This document shows positions 55,055-59,002 of a DNA stretch of 59,002 nucleotides, in pieces; within the stretch, counting starts at the first letter, position 1; each line of letters starts with the position of its first letter. Source of the DNA: an uncultured Verrucomicrobiota bacterium (GTDB lineage: Bacteria > Verrucomicrobiota > Kiritimatiellia > CAIKKV01 > CAITUY01); assembly GCA_964404035.1 (NCBI GenBank), contig CAYOIT010000003.1:1-59002 (forward strand), read 5' to 3'. The notes under the pieces were generated by a model. It had not been told where the DNA came from. It saw only the letters and a list, made by a program, of their open reading frames with translations, and did not search any database. A program made the position numbers and the translations under genes.

Positions 55055-56545
55055 TCATTCCTTTCTGCCCAGGCGCTGGCTGCTGAAGGCGAAACGGAGG
55101 AAACTTCCGGCGCTGAGCCAGAAGCGGGCCCAGCTGTCCGGGGAACGCCAGATCATGGTCGTGTAATCCCACAGCGTGCTGAGGCGCATGAAATGGCGGC
55201 GGTAGAATTCCTTGAAGAGCCGCTCCAACTGGTCGTGCTCCATTCCTTTGGGAACGAACTGGAAGTGCATGCAATCCATCTTCTCCCAGTCTTCGTCGAA
55301 GGTTCCCAGGTCGCGGATGTTCTCGTAGATGGGCGATCCGGGGAACGGCGTGAACTTGGCGAGGTTGAAGACGTCGATGGGGAGGGAGAAAACGTAATCC
55401 ATGCTCCGACGGACGGAGGCTTCGGATTCGCCCGGCAGGCCCATCATCAGGAGACCTTTCATGCGGATGCCGCTGCGCTTGATCATGAGGATGCGGTCGC
55501 GCAGGAGATCGAGATCGGCCCGCTGCCGGTGCTGCGCGAGAAGGGCTGGGTCGCCCGTTTCAATTCCCAGGCTGATCATCCAGCAGCCGGAGGCTTTCAT
55601 CAGCCGCAGAAGCTCCTCATCCAGGTGTTCGGCCCGGGCGGCGCAGTTGTAGGTGATGCCGAGACGCTGGTCCAGCAACTGACGCGCGAAGGCTTCGACC
55701 CGCTGGCGGTTGAACGTGAACTGGTCGTCGTAGAAGTTGATGTGCCGGACGCCGAAACGCTCCTTGAGATAACGGACATGGGCGATCATGTAATCGGCGG
55801 AGTTGAATCGGAAGCTCCTTCCGAACACGGAGCGGTCGCAATACGAGCAGGCATAGGGACAGCCCCGGCTGGACACGCAGCTCGAGTTGGGGGCGCGGGG
55901 ATAGTTGAAGATGGGCAGCGCATAGGCGGCGGGGTAGCCCTCCAGCTTGTCGTAGGCGGGGAACGGGAGCGTGTCCAATTCCACCAGGCGGTCACGGTAG
56001 CCGGTGAAGACGGGGGAGCCGTCGGCTTCGCGGTAGACCACGCCCTTGAGGTCGGCGGGGCGTTCCCAGCCCCCTGACACCAGTTCCGTCAAGGTTTCCT
56101 CGCCTTCGCCCACGACGCCGAAGTCAAGGGAGGGGTAGCCCTTCAGTGACGCGGCCTTCAGGGCGGAAACATGGGGACCCCCGACCACCGTCTTGATGCC
56201 CGGCCTCAGCGATTTCGCCAGTTCGGCGATCTGGACCCCGTCCAGAAAGCTCGAGGTGGTACAGCTCAGGCCCAGGAAATCCGGGCGGGTGGTCTGAAGG
56301 ACTTCCTTGAGATGATTCTGGCTGTCAGGTTTGGCAAAGCAATCCACCAGCGTGGTGGGGTGACCCTGTTTCTCCAGCCAGGCCGCCAGGCTGGCCAGCC
56401 CGATCGGGGGCATGATGTTGGCCAGGCGGGCGATGTCGCTTCCGGCGGCGTCGGTCCGGTACCCCAGGGGATGCACGAGGAGAATTCGTTTTACCGCAGT
56501 GATGGGTCGTACTCCTTGTGGATGGTGCGAAGCGCCTGGCCGCAC
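55055..56545 (-). CDS. B12-binding-domain (class B) radical SAM enzyme, paralogue 2
   Basis: N-terminal cobalamin-domain strings KRILLVHPLGY, PPIGLASLAAWLEKQGH and TVVGGPHVS. Radical SAM motif SRGCPYACSYC. The start is uncertain: GTG at 56545 would overlap paralogue 1 by 55 nt (see finding). Confidence 0.8.
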   Translation of the reverse strand: MRPGASHHPQGVRPITAVKRILLVHPLGYRTDAAGSDIARLANIMPPIGLASLAAWLEKQGHPTTLVDCFAKPDSQNHLKEVLQTTRPDFLGLSCTTSSFLDGVQIAELAKSLRPGIKTVVGGPHVSALKAASLKGYPSLDFGVVGEGEETLTELVSGGWERPADLKGVVYREADGSPVFTGYRDRLVELDTLPFPAYDKLEGYPAAYALPIFNYPRAPNSSCVSSRGCPYACSYCDRSVFGRSFRFNSADYMIAHVRYLKERFGVRHINFYDDQFTFNRQRVEAFARQLLDQRLGITYNCAARAEHLDEELLRLMKASGCWMISLGIETGDPALLAQHRQRADLDLLRDRILMIKRSGIRMKGLLMMGLPGESEASVRRSMDYVFSLPIDVFNLAKFTPFPGSPIYENIRDLGTFDEDWEKMDCMHFQFVPKGMEHDQLERLFKEFYRRHFMRLSTLWDYTTMIWRSPDSWARFWLSAGSFLRFAFSSQRLGRKE

Positions 56546-57924
56546 CGGGCGCCGGAAACGAACATCCGCACCAGGTCACGGAACGGCGCCTTGATGCCGC
56601 GGGCCCGCCATGGGTTCTGGCGAAACCCGAACAGATAGAGCAGTGAGAAATACCGGTAAAAAATAGCCAGGGGCAATTTCGTGGGCAGGATGGTGTGCAT
56701 GCAGTCATAGAAGGCATAGGGATCCTTGCAGATGAACCGATCCTTATGCTGGTTCCAGAGCGGAGTACCGGGCGGAGGGGAGAACACGGTGAACGAAATC
56801 TCGGCGGGGGCCAGAAACGTGATGGTCTCCCGCAACTTGATGAAATCCTTCGCTTCGAAGTCGGGGTTCACCATGAGCGCGGCGTGCAGGATGATGCCCA
56901 GCTCGCGCAGGATTTCCACGGCCCGGCGATTCGTGTCGGGCTGGTAGCCCTTGTTGTAATCCTTGAGCGTCTTGTCCTCGAGCGACTCAAGCCCCACGTA
57001 AATCACTTCAAGTCCGGCTTCCTTCCAGAGCCGGAACAGCTCGACATGACGGCAGATGGTGTCGCTGCGGGCCCAGCTGATATACCGCTTGCGGATGCCT
57101 TTTTCGAGGAGGAGTCGGGCGATGGTCTCCGCGCGCCTGGCGTTGATGAACATCTCGTCATCCACGAAATAGATGTGGCTTTCCGGAACCGCGGCGATCT
57201 CGGCCACCACATCCTCCGGCTCCCGCTGCAGGTACTTGCCGTTGGCGATATAATGGACCACGCAGAAGCTGCAGCGGTGGGGACAGCCGGTGCTGGTCCG
57301 CAGGGTGGCCACGCGGGGAAAGAGCGTGGCCACGCGCTCGCCCGGGGCGCCGGCCCAGACGCAGAAGTAACGGGACCGGTCGACCAGATCGCGGCGGGCC
57401 CAGGGGAGCTGGTTGTAGTCGGGCAGCTCCGGCGGCGGGGTCGCGGCCAGCGCGGCATAGTTGGGGGAGGCGGTCGGCAGGAACCGCGGGCTTTCGGGGA
57501 CCGGCTGGCCGGCTTCCAGAAACGGGAGGATCTCGCGCAGCGCGGTGGCTCCTTCGCCGCGGATCACGAGGTCGATGGTGCCCGGCAGGTGGTAGTCCTC
57601 CGGCACGATCGTGGCATGAACGCCGCCCGCGATCACGGTGACCGTGGGCGCCATCTGCTTCGCGAGCCGGGCGAGCTGCTTGACGTTTCCCGCCTGGTTC
57701 GAATAGCCGCCAAAGCCCACGACATCAGGCGCAAAACTCCGCATGACCGCTTCGAATTCGGCGACGGGCGAATCGCTCAGCGTCAGGTCCAGAAGGCGGG
57801 TTTCATGCCGGGGATCGATGCCGGCGGCAACGATCTCAAGATCAAGGGGCTCAAGATGCAAAAACGCGTGAAAGCGTCGGGCGATCTTGAGCAACACATG
57901 GGGCCTGACCAGCAGGAATTTCAC
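56491..57924 (-). CDS. B12-binding-domain (class B) radical SAM enzyme, paralogue 1
   Basis: Start re-set to the GTG at 57924 ((M)KFLLVRPHVLL). The track ATG at 58086 would overlap the SDR gene by 101 nt with implausible W/P/C-rich sequence. Strings: VIAGGVHATIVPED. Radical SAM motif STGCPHRCSFC. Confidence 0.75.
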   Translation of the reverse strand: MKFLLVRPHVLLKIARRFHAFLHLEPLDLEIVAAGIDPRHETRLLDLTLSDSPVAEFEAVMRSFAPDVVGFGGYSNQAGNVKQLARLAKQMAPTVTVIAGGVHATIVPEDYHLPGTIDLVIRGEGATALREILPFLEAGQPVPESPRFLPTASPNYAALAATPPPELPDYNQLPWARRDLVDRSRYFCVWAGAPGERVATLFPRVATLRTSTGCPHRCSFCVVHYIANGKYLQREPEDVVAEIAAVPESHIYFVDDEMFINARRAETIARLLLEKGIRKRYISWARSDTICRHVELFRLWKEAGLEVIYVGLESLEDKTLKDYNKGYQPDTNRRAVEILRELGIILHAALMVNPDFEAKDFIKLRETITFLAPAEISFTVFSPPPGTPLWNQHKDRFICKDPYAFYDCMHTILPTKLPLAIFYRYFSLLYLFGFRQNPWRARGIKAPFRDLVRMFVSGARCGQALRTIHKEYDPSLR

Positions 57925-57985
57925 GTGCGCCTGTATAGTGAAACGAAGGGAACCCGGCAAGGTTATCTTTGGTTCCGCGCGGCCT

Positions 57986-58789
57986 TTACAGCCGCTGCAG
58001 GGTCTGGCCGCCGTCCACCATGAGGACCTGCCCGGTGGAGTAGGCCAGGTCGCCCCGCACCAGCATGGCCACGGCGCGGCCGACATCCTCCGGCAGTCCC
58101 CAGCGGGCCTGAAGCAGGAGGCCGTCGCCGATCAGTTTGTCATACTTGGCCTGCACCGCGGCAGTCATATCCGTCTGGATGATGCCGGGGCGGACCTCAT
58201 AGACCGGAATCCCGAACTCGGCCAGGCGGGCGGCATAGAGCTTGGTCGCCATGCTCACGCCGGCCTTGGAAACGCAGTATTCCCCCCGGCTGGGCGAGGC
58301 GACGGTGGACGAGATGGAGGAGATGTTGACGATGCAGCCCGTGAACGCGGGATCCTGCTTTCCCTGCTCGACCATCCAGCGCGCGACGGCTTGAGTGAGG
58401 AAATAGGGGCCCTGGAGGTTGGTCCGGATCAGCCGCTCGAAGCTTTCCTCCGAGGCCTCCAGGATATCCATCCGGACGGTCGGCGCCACGCCGGCGTTGT
58501 TGACCAGGACGTTCAGGTGCCCGAACGTGGACCGGACGGTGTCGATCAGATCCCGGCGCGCCGCCGGGCTGGCGATATCGGCCCGGCAGTAGAGCGTCCG
58601 GGCGCCCAGGGCCTGAAGCTCCGCCAGGGCGTCGGCCACGGAGCTCTCCTCGCGCATGCCGCAGATCGCGAGGTCGCAACCGTCCTTGGCCAGGCACCTG
58701 GCAATGCCCAAACCGATGCCGCGGCCCCCGCCCGTGACCAAGGCGACTTTCCGGGTGGCGGGATTCGGTGATCGTTGTTCAATGCTCAT
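57986..58789 (-). CDS. Short-chain dehydrogenase/reductase (SDR) family oxidoreductase
   Basis: ATG with AAGGA upstream. Cofactor motif VALVTGGGRGIGLGIA, NNAG, and active-site YCVSK (YxxxK). 267 aa. Confidence 0.9.
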   Translation of the reverse strand: MSIEQRSPNPATRKVALVTGGGRGIGLGIARCLAKDGCDLAICGMREESSVADALAELQALGARTLYCRADIASPAARRDLIDTVRSTFGHLNVLVNNAGVAPTVRMDILEASEESFERLIRTNLQGPYFLTQAVARWMVEQGKQDPAFTGCIVNISSISSTVASPSRGEYCVSKAGVSMATKLYAARLAEFGIPVYEVRPGIIQTDMTAAVQAKYDKLIGDGLLLQARWGLPEDVGRAVAMLVRGDLAYSTGQVLMVDGGQTLQRL

Positions 58790-58835
58790 AGTGGGGTCCT
58801 TTCGAAGAAATACGCTCTTCTCTGCTGTCTCCGCG

Positions 58836-59002
58836 CAGTACGGCGGGCACTACGTTGCCCGCTGCTCATTACTGCCCGCCGCTCAGATGGCTGGCGACGT
58901 AGCGCCAGCCCTACTGCGTGGTTCCCGCTTCATTTTGGCCTTGCCCAGTACGGCGGGCACTACGCTGCCCGCCGATGCCGGGCGAGGTACCGCCCGGCCT
59001 AC
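58836..59002. repeat. Cluster of REP-like units of the same family as 41172-41274, running to the window edge
   Basis: Units: CAGTACGGCGGGCACTACGTTGCCCGC (58836-58862); inverted GGCGACGTAGCGCCAGCCCTACTG (58893-58916); CCCGCTTCA box (58924-58932); CAGTACGGCGGGCACTACGCTGCCCGCC (58946-58973); and a degenerate inverted copy GGCGAGGTACCGCCCGGCCTAC (58981-59002). Confidence 0.7.

Noticed and set aside
56491-58086. 531-aa version of radical SAM paralogue 1 starting at the ATG at 58086.
   Set aside because: It would overlap the SDR gene by 101 nt with implausible sequence (MSAAPWPCWCGATWPTPPGRSSWW...). The conserved B12-domain N-terminus KFLLVRP begins at the GTG at 57924.
1-59002. Mobile elements, prophage, integrative island or horizontally acquired block.
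   Set aside because: I recognised no integrase, transposase, recombinase, phage structural or conjugation genes, no flanking tRNA, and no direct repeats bracketing a block. Apart from short AT-richer spacers, the composition looks uniform by eye. A proper GC-skew or k-mer analysis was not possible here.

Overview
This is a GC-rich (judged by eye, not computed) 59-kb chromosomal segment with about 45 credible protein-coding genes. I found no rRNA or tRNA genes, no CRISPR array, and no transposase, integrase or phage genes.

The gene content suggests an anaerobic, polysaccharide-degrading bacterium of the PVC group. This is an inference. It rests on a prepilin-type pseudopilin with N-terminus [25 protein letters not shown], many mostly signal-peptide-less glycoside hydrolases, HydG, and a glycyl radical enzyme.

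Gene order, left to right:
- HEPN/MNT toxin-antitoxin pair at the window edge.
- Orphan polytopic membrane protein with a PD40-like domain.
- GH3, Gfo/Idh/MocA oxidoreductase, Zn-ADH, and a URO-D-like protein.
- 2-Cys peroxiredoxin plus an Rrf2 regulator.
- Three poorly characterised TIM-barrel / clan GH-A-like genes.
- Nitroreductase, HydG and a TM1266-type regulator.
- VOC protein.
- GH29 fucosidase, Zn-dehydrogenase, a short glycyl radical enzyme with no activase, and a Zn-ribbon/EIIA fusion.
- TrkA, TrkH, an aminotransferase and Lrp.
- TrmJ-like methyltransferase and Lon.
- Type IV pilus / T2SS-like cluster: pseudopilin, secretin, PilM-N fusion, PilO-like, PilP-like and ATPase.
- PA14/PKD/SGNH protein, processive GT2 synthase, polytopic membrane protein and a coiled-coil protein.
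- DUF5060/GH5-like protein and GH2 beta-mannosidase.
- RluA, SASA-type esterase, L,D-transpeptidase, two tandem B12-domain radical SAM enzymes and an SDR.

Non-coding structure:
- A REP-like nested-palindrome family at two loci.
- A 6-7-nt YYTGA repeat tract in front of the GT2 gene.
- A perfect 19-bp GC hairpin.
- Several sigma70-like promoter candidates.

The ORF track translates GTG/TTG starts as M. It also contains many long antisense or alternate-frame shadow ORFs, as expected for GC-rich DNA. I re-set several starts and rejected the shadows.

The best candidates for something new are:
- the fucosidase / dehydrogenase / short GRE / ZnR-EIIA operon;
- the SDR plus twin class-B radical SAM array;
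- the GT2-centred polysaccharide synthase module with its repeat tract;
- the HydG-nitroreductase coupling.

All functional calls come from motif recognition by eye. No searches were run.
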